A stretch of 64,000 bases of DNA from an uncultured Nitrospiraceae bacterium (GCA_963706325.1 CAVPLT010000005.1:51663-115662), one strand, 5' to 3'; counted from the first letter of the stretch, positions 1-9,814 are shown. Program-made: numbers and translations. Notes: generated by a model not told the origin, from the letters alone.

Positions 1-330
1 TTAATTATTGGTCGAAGGGGCTTTTTATGCAACGACACAACCACAGCAAAGAACGTACCCCTCCAGCTGTCGCTATGGCCCCCAGTCTGGCATGCCGACT
101 GATTCAGCCACCCTTGGATCGGCTCGCACTGAGTGGCGCCTCTTAGGTCGGAACAAGGTTTTTCTCACTCAACATCCCTCCACGTAGCTGGCGATTGGAT
201 CTTCTATGACTTGACGAAGATCACCACAAGCCTTTGGCAGCTTTTTATGATGAGCGAATGAACCTTGCCCGAGGCCGATGCATGCCGGCTTGGCAGCAAC
301 TTTTCAATGATGCCGAGGACATTGATGGGT

Positions 331-2115
331 TCACATACTTCGACCAGCCTTAACCTTCTCGGATTCCAAATTCTGTGAGTCAGTTCCCATGCCAGACGAT
401 CGGAACGCTTGGCAAGACTTAAGATACTCGAGGATGGTCGGCTTCGAGACCTTCAAGGCCTGGAAGGCGTGTCGGATTAAGGTATGAGCCCCCTCGACCT
501 CAGGCAGGATGACTTCCGTTGCTCCCACGTCTTTCAGGTCTTCAGCCTCGCGAAAGCCATGCGCTCGGGCAAGAAGAGGGGTGCTCTCGTTGAGCTCGCG
601 GAGTCGTCGAAGGGTAAGGGCGGCCTCGTGGATCAATGGAAGCGCCACAATCACCAGCGCCGCGTGTTGGGCGCCGGCCGCTTTCAGTAATTCCATTTGG
701 GATGCGTCCCCGTAGACGCAGGAAATTCCGCGTCGACGTAACTGACGAACGTTCTCTGGGTCGCGCTCAATCACGGTGTACGGAAGCTCAAAATGATCGA
801 GGGCGAGCCCCACCGTGCTGCCCATGCGACCAAAACCACAGAGCACTACATGTCCGGCTTGGTCGTCAGGAACCCCCCCTTGAATCGGTAAGAAGGCTCG
901 TCCCATTTTGAAGTGCAATGTAGCGATCCACCCCGGCGCATACCGAACGAGAGGCGCGTTGAGGAGAATACTCAGCAGCGAAGCGGCCAGGGTGGCATTG
1001 TAAACATCCTCGCTCACCTGGCCTGCCGTTTTGGCGACCTGCACCAACACGAAGGAAAACTCTCCGATCTGCGTGAGACCGACACCCACAAGTAGGGCCG
1101 TGCCCCAAGTATAACGAAACAGTCTCACCACCAGCGTCCAAATGATGAATTTTCCCCCGATAATCAGTCCTAGCATGAGGCCTAGCAGTGGTAGGTTGGC
1201 CCATACCACGCGCGGATCGATCAGGATACCGATTGTCACAAAGAAAAGCGCCACGAACGCGTCGCGTAGTGAAAGAAGACGGGCTAGCGTTTCATGACCA
1301 TATTCCGACCCGCTAATGATCAATCCTGCCAGAAACGCGCCGAGTGCCAGGGATAAACCCGCCAACTGAGTCACGGCTGCCGTCCCGATACCAATAGACA
1401 GAGCTACCAATAGAAAGAGTTCCGCATTTTGCGTCCTCGCGATGCGAGTCAGCAACGGCGGAATAGCTTTGGCCGCGAGATACCCGAAAGGAACCAAAAT
1501 CAGGACCGCTAGCCATAAGGCCTTCCCAATGGTTGCAAAGCGGCCCGGTTCCAGAGCGCCGAGCGCCGGGATCAGCACGGTGAGCGCGACCACCGCCAGG
1601 TCTTCCACAAGGGTGATCCCGATCATTACCCTGCCATGCTTGGCACGCAAGTCTCCGCTGTCCAGAAGCAAGCGCGCCAGAACCATCGTGCTGGCCACGG
1701 ATACCACCGACCCGATTACGACGCTTTGAATCCAACTCCAACCCACCACATGGCCAAGACCGACGGAGAGGAGAATGGAAAGAAAGATGCCGAGTGGCCC
1801 TCCCAGTAGGGCGACCCAGCGAACCCGCAACAAATCGTTCAGGGAAAATTCAATGCCGATGCAGAACATCAGCAGGATCACGCCAATCTCGGCAAACAAT
1901 TCGAAACTATGAACATCCGAAATGGAGGGACCGGGAGTCAGGGGGCTGATCAAAATCCCGCCGAAGACATATCCAAGAATCAGCGGTTGACGAAGGAGAT
2001 AAGCGGAGGAGCCACCTAGGACGGCGGCAGTAAAGACGTAAGCGAGATCTCGGAAGAAAATGGGATCAGGGGCCATGGGTCTTCTCACATAGAAGGCCGT
2101 ACTTTGGTGCAGCAT
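331..2115 (-). CDS. CPA2-family (Kef-type) monovalent cation:proton antiporter with C-terminal RCK/TrkA-N domain
   Basis: 594-aa ORF. Many hydrophobic segments are followed by a soluble domain with the Rossmann motif VVLCGFGRMG, the typical KefB/KefC-like architecture. Confidence 0.8.
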   Translation of the reverse strand: MLHQSTAFYVRRPMAPDPIFFRDLAYVFTAAVLGGSSAYLLRQPLILGYVFGGILISPLTPGPSISDVHSFELFAEIGVILLMFCIGIEFSLNDLLRVRWVALLGGPLGIFLSILLSVGLGHVVGWSWIQSVVIGSVVSVASTMVLARLLLDSGDLRAKHGRVMIGITLVEDLAVVALTVLIPALGALEPGRFATIGKALWLAVLILVPFGYLAAKAIPPLLTRIARTQNAELFLLVALSIGIGTAAVTQLAGLSLALGAFLAGLIISGSEYGHETLARLLSLRDAFVALFFVTIGILIDPRVVWANLPLLGLMLGLIIGGKFIIWTLVVRLFRYTWGTALLVGVGLTQIGEFSFVLVQVAKTAGQVSEDVYNATLAASLLSILLNAPLVRYAPGWIATLHFKMGRAFLPIQGGVPDDQAGHVVLCGFGRMGSTVGLALDHFELPYTVIERDPENVRQLRRRGISCVYGDASQMELLKAAGAQHAALVIVALPLIHEAALTLRRLRELNESTPLLARAHGFREAEDLKDVGATEVILPEVEGAHTLIRHAFQALKVSKPTILEYLKSCQAFRSSGMGTDSQNLESEKVKAGRSM

Positions 2116-2355
2116 AGCATGAACGAGCGCTGACTGATGCGATAAGTGAAATGATAAAGGATTGTTTGATGGGGCGATCGCGCTGAATATTTAGCCATTA
2201 TCAGTCATGGCGGTTTGCATCGCGCAGTTCCTCCGTTGTTTGATCAGTAGTGCTGTTTTAGCAGCTTATGTAATGACTCTATATGAGCTGATGAATAGCC
2301 GCGATAGATAGGAGGCATAAGTTGAATGAAAATGTCTGACGAAAGGAACGGCGTA

Positions 2356-2456
2356 ATGGCGATTGCACCTGCCGGAGCAATTTGCGAACTTTGCACGCGT
2401 GTCCCTATGTAAGCTCCCGTAGATCGAGACAGTCATTAGTAGAACTTTCTGGCACA
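2356..2456 (+). pseudogene. 5' remnant of large serine recombinase (copy A), cut off by the IS3 element
   Basis: ATG at 2356 gives MAIAPAGAICELCTRVPM*. The DNA from 2341 onward aligns by eye with the start of copy B at 10685 (MPVTPAPTICGLYTRVST, where S is the resolvase catalytic-Ser context). The reading frame breaks after 18 codons and the IS end follows at about 2457. Confidence 0.55.
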
Positions 2457-2484
2457 TGACGGTGGCCCCATACTGAGACGGTTC

Positions 2485-3350
2485 TTAACCAGAGTAGACG
2501 GCCTCTTCGACGATCGGTTGTCGCTGACGTTGTGCGACACACTCACGTGGGGTCAGGTGCCCAAGCGAGCTGTGAGGCCGACGCTGATTGTAGTCCACGC
2601 GCCAGGCTTCGATAATGGCCTGGGCCTCGGCCAGCGAAGCGAACTGGTGCACGTTCAAACACTCGTCTCGTAGGCGCCCGTTACACGATTCAATAAAGGC
2701 GTTTTTCACGGGTTTGCCCGGTCGAATGAAGTCCAACTGCACACCGCGCCGATAGGCCCAATCCTCCCAGGCTCGCGATTGAAATTCCGTCCCATGATCG
2801 ACCGTGATCGAGCGAGGCACCGCTGGTATGTCCAGCACACGATCCAGCACCTGACCGACCGTCTGTCCCGTCATCCGAAACCCTGCCTCTAGTAGGGGAC
2901 TGTGCCGACTCCAATTATCCACGACCGTCAAGATCCGAAACGGCCGCCCATCGGCCAGCGTATCATGGACAAAATCCATGCTCCAGCGCTCGGTCGGGCC
3001 CACCGGGACTGGAGCCGGGCCTCGGTGCAATGCGATATGTTTTCGTCTCCGCACCCGCATCCGTAGCTGTAATCCATCGAGGCGGTAGAGCCGCCGGACG
3101 CGTGTGCGATTCACCGGCCAGCCCTCGCGACGCCGTAACACCCCGATGCGCATGGAGCCAAATCGAGGTCGGGCATGGGCCAGATCGCGAATGCGCAACC
3201 GTCATGCGGACTGAGCCTTAGCCCGACGCCGGCGATACCAAGAGGCTCGGCCGAATTGCGCCAACCGACAGGCCCGCAGGCAACTGACGCGGAAGGTATC
3301 TTGAAACCAGCCAGCCAGTTCTCGACGGCGTGCGGGCCTTAGACTTTTTT
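2485..3350 (-). pseudogene. IS3 transposase OrfB (rve/DDE integrase core) interrupted by an in-frame TGA
   Basis: The 237-aa ORF has typical IS3 OrfB sequence (RIGVLRRREGWPVNRTRVRRLYR..., DFVHD, VDNWSR, TVDHGTEF, SCNGRLRDECLN). Upstream, the same frame continues back to the slippery site (KKSLRPARRRELAGWF...WYRRRRAKAQSA) but is broken by TGA at 3202-3204. Confidence 0.8.
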
Positions 3351-3605
3351 TCGCAGGGCCTCCGACAGCATATGTTTATCGAGCGAGAGGTCTGCCACTA
3401 GCCGTTTGAGTCGGGCGTTTTCCTCTTCCACCTGGCGCAACCGACGGAGCTCGCTCACGCCCAGATGCGCATACTTCTTTTTCCAGGTGTAGCAGGTGGC
3501 CTCGCTGACGCCGAGCTGCCGACAGAGGTCGCCAGTCGGGGTCCCACTCTCGGCTTGCCGCATGGCATAAACGATCTGCTCTTCAGAGCATCGTGACCGC
3601 TTCAT
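3339..3605 (-). CDS. IS3 transposase OrfA (helix-turn-helix)
   Basis: MKRSRCSEEQIVYAMRQAESG...LCRQLGVSEATCYTWKKKY...ENARLKRLVADLSLDKHML is a classic IS3/IS407-group OrfA. There is an AAGGAG Shine-Dalgarno 7 nt upstream of the ATG at 3605. The gene ends in CGA AAA AAA GTC TAA, an A7 -1 frameshift motif at about 3343-3352. Confidence 0.85.
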   Translation of the reverse strand: MKRSRCSEEQIVYAMRQAESGTPTGDLCRQLGVSEATCYTWKKKYAHLGVSELRRLRQVEEENARLKRLVADLSLDKHMLSEALRKKV

Positions 3606-3884
3606 CGATCCACTCCTTTCGTCGAGGACCGCCGCAGCCGCCATGTTACTCTCGTTTTGATCTGCCGTCGCTTTCCGGGGAGACGTCACAGGCTAGTACA
3701 GCACGGTCAGGAGGGTGCCTGCGTGCAGTTTATGTCTGTTCCTTCGATCAATATGCAAGCAGAGTAAACGGAAAACATACGTTGCCGCCGTGCGGGAGAC
3801 CGCCAGACAAGGGTTAATGGCCCACGGCCACCTGTCGGCTATCGAGCGGTGGAAGTGCCGCCCCCTCAGCAATAAGGCATGAAA

Positions 3885-4880
3885 AAACAGTTGGAAGTGG
3901 AGGAAAGTGAAGTGGTCGTGGTCAATCGGATCCTTCGATGGTACCTGCATGTAGATCGGGGCAAGAGCTTGACTTATATGGGGTAGCTGCCTGCTTGAAT
4001 GAGCAGGGAATCCTTGTTCTGGGCCGTCGATGAAGCAAGGGCGCATCTGTGAGGTCCTTAACCAACCGCGCCTATATCAGGGAGCACTATTTCAATAAAT
4101 ACGAAAAGCGAGGCGGGGATGTTCGGAGAATGACGCCGCGTGCGGAATCGGTGTCGGTCAAAGTCTTGTCAATCGTAGCCGGCGATCTTCTTGGCCTTGA
4201 AAGAGAAGTTGCAGTCACGATCCCTTCAGCGTGTTGCGCCACGGGATGTCAATTGTCCTACGTTGCTCAGGAGGCTTCTCAAGTGTGGGGTTTGTGTGGC
4301 GGGGATGATGCTGGCAACGGGCAAAGGCGGAGAATATCGCTATGACGAATGTTCGAGCAGGATTCACAAGAGGAAGGACATCTGCACCAGCAAAAGACTT
4401 GCCGAGAGAGCTGGTTGACCGGCTGATCCTTTCATCCTTGGCTGATCGAGTCTTGACGCTCACACGAGTCCGCACCAGGTTGGAAGGGTTGAGGAAGGGT
4501 CTGAAGCGGTCGCAATCCGACCAGGAGGGCAACTTCAAACAACTGACCATGGAAGTGGAACGTCTGCAGCCGAGCAGCAAACAGCTCTAGGAGCAGGGAA
4601 GAGAAGAGGTACAGCTCTTTACCAGGATTCCACGGGGGCGTTTGCCTGAAAAGGGTCGGATTTCAGCAAGAAGTATCTCAAGCCTCTCGTCGAGAAGACT
4701 CGGTACCTCGGCAAACAGCTGGTGCTGAAGGGCAGCTATGCAGCGCTTGCCAGAATAGTAGGTGAGAAAAAGGACGCCCCACAGAGTGAAGTGCCCAGTT
4801 TCGGTCTAGGTTGGCTCCACGGATTGTATCCCAGTCGGACCCTTCAATTTGAGTTATTGCGCGGCGCAAACGCAACCTAG
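3885..4880 (+). pseudogene. large serine recombinase copy A: recombinase, zinc-ribbon and C-terminal regions, heavily decayed
   Basis: Fragments lie in several frames. They read VVVNRILRWYL..GKSL, then GILVLGRRWSKGASVRSLTNRAYIREHYFNKY, then LLKCGVCVAGMMLATGKGGEYRYDECS (zinc-ribbon recombinase motif), then a coiled-coil part, then ...GWLHGLYPSRTL*. The order is collinear with copy B. About 100 aa of the resolvase domain are missing next to the IS. Confidence 0.6.
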
Positions 4881-4995
4881 AATCATAAGGTTTCTGTCCG
4901 GAAACAAATAGAAAACGGAACCACGGATAACTCAGCAGGTCGCAACTCTGAACCATGGTCCGACAGTAGAGGCTACCAAGGGCAATCCCATCATC

Positions 4996-6384
4996 TCATG
5001 CCCTTCCCCTCACACTACCTGTGGCGGCCTGTTCTTCAATCCCTGGTCGATGAGGATCAAGCGCTTTCAGATCGATCTGATCGGCTAGATGTGCTGCAAG
5101 AAACCGGTGGAATGCTGGGCTGTAGTGCAGCTCATCCACGACGGCCTTTCGGTGGTGGCCCCAGGTTTCGAAGAGCTCGCCTAAGTAGAGGATGTCTGGA
5201 TCATGACGCATTCGGGTATAGGTTCCTTCTGCAATGGAGCGCCATTCAAAGAAATCCTCGGGCAAGGACCGCCGGTAGAGCGCCGGCGGGTAATTAAAGA
5301 CCGCATGGGGCTGCAGCGCGAAGAGCGGCGTCACGGAATACAGCTCAGCGATGGCCTTCGCCAAAGCGCGATTCTGACGAAACATATTGACTTGATAATT
5401 CACCACCTGCGCATCCGCCAGGCTTTCTCGCTCTGCCACGGTCAGGGAGTGATGCTCTTGCAGGTGAGAGCTCAAGGATCTAGCCAGCCGTACAAAGGGG
5501 ATCCATCGTAACGTGTCTAAGACGGGGCGGTGAGCCTCCTCGACCTCCCCAGCGAACTGCAAATTGTGAAACTGGGCTTTGATTCGGTCGTAAAACTCGG
5601 GTAGGTCCTGCGTTTCGCCGGTATTGACCCCGTCTAAGAAGATCGCCACCTGAGGGCGTTGACCACTTTTCAGGAGGTCCATGAGCAGAACCGTCTCTTG
5701 GCTTGGATAATAGTAGCCTCGCCCATAGTTGACGACTTCGATATGGAATCCTAACGACTGAGCACGAGCTCGCTCATTCAGGATTTGGGAAAGATAGGTG
5801 GGCCACGTCTGTTCATCGGAGACGTTATAACCGAATGTCGTACTCCCCCCCAGTGCGAAGACTTTTACGACAGGTAATTTTAGTGCGTTGACGGGGTTGA
5901 TGGTACGCCGCGTCAAGAATCCTCTAGGGTCCGGTTCAACAGTGACTCGCTTGCCCTGGAACGCCGGTTCAGCAAACTCCACCCAGGGTTGATAGGTCAT
6001 GCCTGCCTTCCCGAGGTCATAAAAATCGTCCAACACATCGGCCACATACGCAGGATCACTTTCACCGTAGGCCTGGAAATCAATCCACGCCATCTGATAC
6101 TCATTTCTTTTCGCTGTGGAAACAGGGGATCCATCGGGGTTGAAACGGGGAGCCGCTGCGACATTCAGTGCGGCCGTGGCCTCATTGCGGGAGGACCGGG
6201 CATCCCGTATCGCATAGACTATGCCCAGCGCTAAGTTGGCGGCGATTAGTAGAACGATGATGTCGAGGAGGACCACCGCCGTCGTCACATACCGCTGAAA
6301 CAATGTGCGCCCGGTCAGTCGGCGCACACCACTGAGCAGAGCAGTCACCCGCGATTCAACAGACCGAGGAAAATGTATATCCAT
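4996..6384 (-). CDS. membrane-anchored SGNH/GDSL-type hydrolase (esterase/acyltransferase-like)
   Basis: Intact 462-aa ORF. It has an N-terminal TM helix (VVLLDIIVLLIAANLALGIVYAI), block I FALGGSTTFGY (GDS-like Ser), block III FLDGVN, and block V DELHYSP (DxxH). Confidence 0.65.
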   Translation of the reverse strand: MDIHFPRSVESRVTALLSGVRRLTGRTLFQRYVTTAVVLLDIIVLLIAANLALGIVYAIRDARSSRNEATAALNVAAAPRFNPDGSPVSTAKRNEYQMAWIDFQAYGESDPAYVADVLDDFYDLGKAGMTYQPWVEFAEPAFQGKRVTVEPDPRGFLTRRTINPVNALKLPVVKVFALGGSTTFGYNVSDEQTWPTYLSQILNERARAQSLGFHIEVVNYGRGYYYPSQETVLLMDLLKSGQRPQVAIFLDGVNTGETQDLPEFYDRIKAQFHNLQFAGEVEEAHRPVLDTLRWIPFVRLARSLSSHLQEHHSLTVAERESLADAQVVNYQVNMFRQNRALAKAIAELYSVTPLFALQPHAVFNYPPALYRRSLPEDFFEWRSIAEGTYTRMRHDPDILYLGELFETWGHHRKAVVDELHYSPAFHRFLAAHLADQIDLKALDPHRPGIEEQAATGSVRGRA

Positions 6385-6687
6385 AGTCCGCTCCTTCGTG
6401 CCTGTCCCAGCATAATTACCGTCTCACGATAAGGTGCTGAAGACTAGTCCCAAAAAGAGTTATGCTCTTCGGGGTTACACCCGGGTACTTCAAAAGGGGG
6501 AATCTGCTATAAGGGCTAGGCCTGGCTCACGAAGCTATCAGTTCTTCATACATCCACGTCTCACGTCCATCTGAGGCATTTTCCCTCTTTAGAGGCGTGC
6601 CGTACCGTTTGCCCACCACCTCCACAACCTCGCCTTGTAAAACGCTAGGTATGTATGTTGTCCAAATAGCCCCCCAAACTATATCCG

Positions 6688-7538
6688 TTACGAACCCTGA
6701 GGTTTGAGCTCTCTACGGGCCGCCGCCATACCCAGACAATAAAATAATGACTTACTGAATTTAAGTATGACCTCCTTGCGATTGCCCGAACTGTTACGCG
6801 GTCCCGTACTCCACTGAGTTGGCCGCAGCGACTCAGGCTTGAAGAATCGGCTCCCAAGGGCTGCCAAGATGATCGGCGTGAAACCGATCACGGCGGCATA
6901 GACCAGCAGGCCCGCATTGCCGATCACCCCGTTTTTGTAGAAGACCGTAGCCCACGAAAAGCAGGACATGCGTGACGGCTCCGGCGCCGAACGCCACGCC
7001 AACGACCTTGCCGCTGTACGGTCCGCGAATTGCGCAGGCGTAAATGACCCAGACGGACAACGGAATAAACAAGCATGACGCTACTCCATAGGCCGGTGTT
7101 GTAGCCGCCCTGCAAGATGCCCCCCGCGGTGTGCAGCAAGTCCGTTGGCAAAGATCAATCCCCAAAAGCTAAGGCCGATGAGAACGTTGCGCCTGCCGAG
7201 GTATGCCGCTAGCGGTGCCCCGAACCACATGAGGGCGATGTTCACCACCGGGTAGAAGGCCAGCGGAATCGGGCAGTCCGGGTACGGCGGAAAGCCCAGA
7301 TTCTTGCAGATCATCCCCTGGATTGAGTAGTCGAACCCAGCACCGGCAGGCTGTATTCCTCGAACTGATGAACCAGGTAGAGCGGCGTGGCGAGCCACCC
7401 CAGCCACACTGCATCACGCCATCGCGATACCTTGGTGTTGCCCCGGAATGTGTCGGTCGTCAGCAGGATGGCGACCATCGGGATTATTCCACCCAACCCT
7501 ATGAACGGCCAAAAGGTGTAGAACCAGTGTGGTTGCAT
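6688..7538 (-). pseudogene. HXXEE-domain integral membrane protein, multiply frameshifted
   Basis: The N-terminal ORF carries LVHQFEEY (HXXEE motif). The hydrophobic continuation is spread over at least four overlapping minus-strand ORFs in different frames (7311-7538, 7081-7407, 6833-7165, 6688-7002). Confidence 0.55.
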
Positions 7539-8425
7539 GGTGGCTCCCTATTGTTGCAGTGCGTTCCGTTAGGCCGATGACTCGTTAAAATAGCGTTTAG
7601 CCCTTAGTTTACAACTGTCAGAAGTGACAGGTGGTATTGCCGATTGTCTTTTTGTTGATCGGATGCTCTTCGGAATCTCATCACTCGACAATGAGTTAGA
7701 TTTCCTTGCTACCCTTCTTTTACTAATCCTAGGTTTAGAAGAGAAGCTCACGGAGGGGGAAGGAAAATGTATATAGAGCTTGTCGAAGACGAAAAAGTAG
7801 GAAGCTTAATATCACTTTGAAAGGTGCTGACTCCCTGGACTGGACAAAGACCCGAATTACCCTTGATCCTACTTTGACCATATAGATCAAGTGAAGCGGG
7901 GGCTGCGCCCCCGAGCCCCCCGGCCGTCCGGCCCCGGCAGTCCGGAGCGGCCGGCGGGCCTTCGTGGTCCGCATAATCTGCGTCTGTGTGATAACCCTGG
8001 TCATGGATGTCTCTATTCTTCAAACCTACTAGTGCGGTGACTCGCCATGGGGACGGCCAAGCTACGCATCGCCGTCATCATTTGATATTACCGTTCATTA
8101 GCCTCCCTCACACCCCCTGAAAGCCATCAGGGGGTGAGCGGGTGCGCTGTAAGAGAGGAGCTCACGGTGAAGCGGTTAGAGACGGAATTTGCGTGCTCGT
8201 GAGTCCCGCGCAGGAGCAACAGAGCCAATATCTCTGTGCGACGCCGTCGCTCTGGTAGCAGATGCGACCCCACACCCGATCAGCCTGACAGAACTCACAG
8301 AGCCGTTCTTTGCTGTGTCTCAGAGCAGAGCCAGCCCTTCCGAGCCCGATCATAAACCGCACCAGTTCGTCCGCAACAGGTGGGACCGAACAGGGAATTG
8401 ATTGTTCTGACGCACGTATTGCAGC

Positions 8426-9048
8426 TCATGGCTGACTCGAAGTCAGGCCTTTGCCGAGGATGAGTTGCAAAATAAACCCGTTATAGAGAATCGCATGACC
8501 TGCCAGCAGGTCTTCCCAGGTTTTGACCAGCACGACGCGAGGGATTTCTAATTCCCCTCGAATCCGACGGAAGACATTACGGCTGGACCATTGGTTTCTC
8601 ATCTCTTCCCACAGAGTGCTCATCGGGAAGCCCAGCGAGCGCTTCCAGGACCAACACATGTTGACGTACCCGGATTGATCCTGGACATACTGGCTGATGA
8701 CATATCGGCTCAAGCGATTGCGAGACCGTTGACCCGCCTCATAGGCCTTAATCCAGACCACTGGGGCGCCATGCAGGGCTTCCCACTGGGCGGAAAGCCA
8801 GGCTGGGCAATCCAGAAGCGCCGATGACGTTCGCCATCTGGGACCCGCCAAGCCCAAAAGATATGCAGCACTCCATGGCCCTCTTCTGTGCGCACTTGGT
8901 AATATTCCAAACCTCGATACCCGAGCTGGCGCTCGATTCGTTGGCGAAGTTGCTTGTGATGATAGGTCAGTTTGTCGGCCTGTCCGCCGTCCGCCGTAGA
9001 GAGCGTGACCCAGAGCACCTGGAACTGATGGGCTTCCCAAAACCACAA
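8426..9048 (-). pseudogene. possible rolling-circle replication initiator (HUH-like Rep), frameshifted
   Basis: Two overlapping frames join at about 8800. The N-terminal part is ...LEYYQVRTEEGHGVLHIFWAW (an HUH-like motif with the second His replaced). The C-terminal part is ...VVWIKAY...RLSRYVISQYVQDQ (a Y-x-x-x-Y catalytic-Tyr-like motif). The assignment rests on motif resemblance only. Confidence 0.3.
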
Positions 9049-9399
9049 GAGCGAGCGAATCCGCTGATAGCCTCGCTTCTGCTTACGGGACCATTCCGGT
9101 CTCGACAGGACGACGACCGGATGGCTAAGGCATCTGAGGATTTGACTCGAACCGAGAGGAGTATCGGCTCAGACATGAAAAGTCTCCAGCGGTGAGGGTT
9201 GGGACGAGAGAGCCGGTAGAAGCGGCTCTCTGGGGTAAGTGAAAGGACCGCAGGCTCTGACGCGAGCCGTCGCGCCCCTGGAGAAGCAGCAGACCGCAAC
9301 AAGTAGGTGCGAGGCTTCTTCACGCGCCTGCGGATCGATTGGAACGAAATGAATTTCAATGTTCATTGTGATGCCCATTGGGCAACATATCGGTACAGC

Positions 9400-9806
9400 A
9401 AGGACTCTAGGGTCCAATGTGAATTCGGTCTGTAACTGAAACAGTTCATCGACGGTGCAGCCGAAAATACTGCGCCAGTTGCAAGGCCACGAGGAGGCTG
9501 GGAACTGCCTTTCCCTGCTCAAGCTCTGGTGACATAGGAACGGTTCACCCGTATTCTTCGCGCAAGGGCAGCCTTTGATAGGCCGCGTTGAGCTTGCCGG
9601 GCTCGCCATTCTTTAAGGTGGTTCTTAACATCATCATCATCCTCCTCCGTGCGGGCACTATAGAGAGCCGTTGCCCAACGGTCAATAATGGGCTCATTTT
9701 TGTTGACTGCAGGACAACATTTCAGGTATATAAGGGCCCTATGAACAGTCCAGAGCTGAACCGAGACACCCCGCAGGCGCCCGCACGGGTTTCGCGCCTT
9801 GGTCAA
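9400..9806 (-). pseudogene. XRE-family HTH regulator (Cro/Xis-side), frameshifted
   Basis: LKEWRARQAQRGLSKAALARRIRVNRSYVTRA* continues in other frames as EQGKAVPSLLVALQLA and then FGCTVDELFQLQ. This is a complete HTH_3-like pattern split by two frame changes. Confidence 0.5.
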
Positions 9807-9814
9807 AGAGGCAA

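Larger units (their letters stand above)
2457..3837 (-). mobile_element. IS3-family insertion sequence (orfA/orfB with A7 slippery site), probably inactive
   Basis: orfA plus orfB lie in a -1 frame arrangement. There are candidate imperfect terminal inverted repeats: TGACGGTGGCC at 2457 versus the reverse complement of CCTGTCG..GGCCACC at about 3822-3837. The ~1.38 kb length fits IS3. Boundaries are tentative and I saw no target-site duplication. Confidence 0.65.

Noticed and set aside
1-330. Possible partial gene at the window start
   Set aside because: Only short open stretches exist on either strand, the longest about 55 codons, and none has a recognisable motif. I left this region unannotated.
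3693-4046. 117-aa minus-strand ORF
   Set aside because: It overlaps the IS3 left end and is antisense to the recombinase copy A remnant. It has no motifs.
7735-8023. Two overlapping ~90-aa minus-strand ORFs
   Set aside because: The translations are low-complexity Pro/Gly/Ala/Arg strings generated by the extremely GC-rich segment. There is no start context and no homology pattern.
8162-8362. 66-aa Cys-rich ORF (CEFC ... CCSC) downstream of the Rep-like remnant
   Set aside because: It could be a small zinc-ribbon protein. However, it is short, sits in a region where everything else is decayed, and I recognise no family, so there is not enough support to annotate it.
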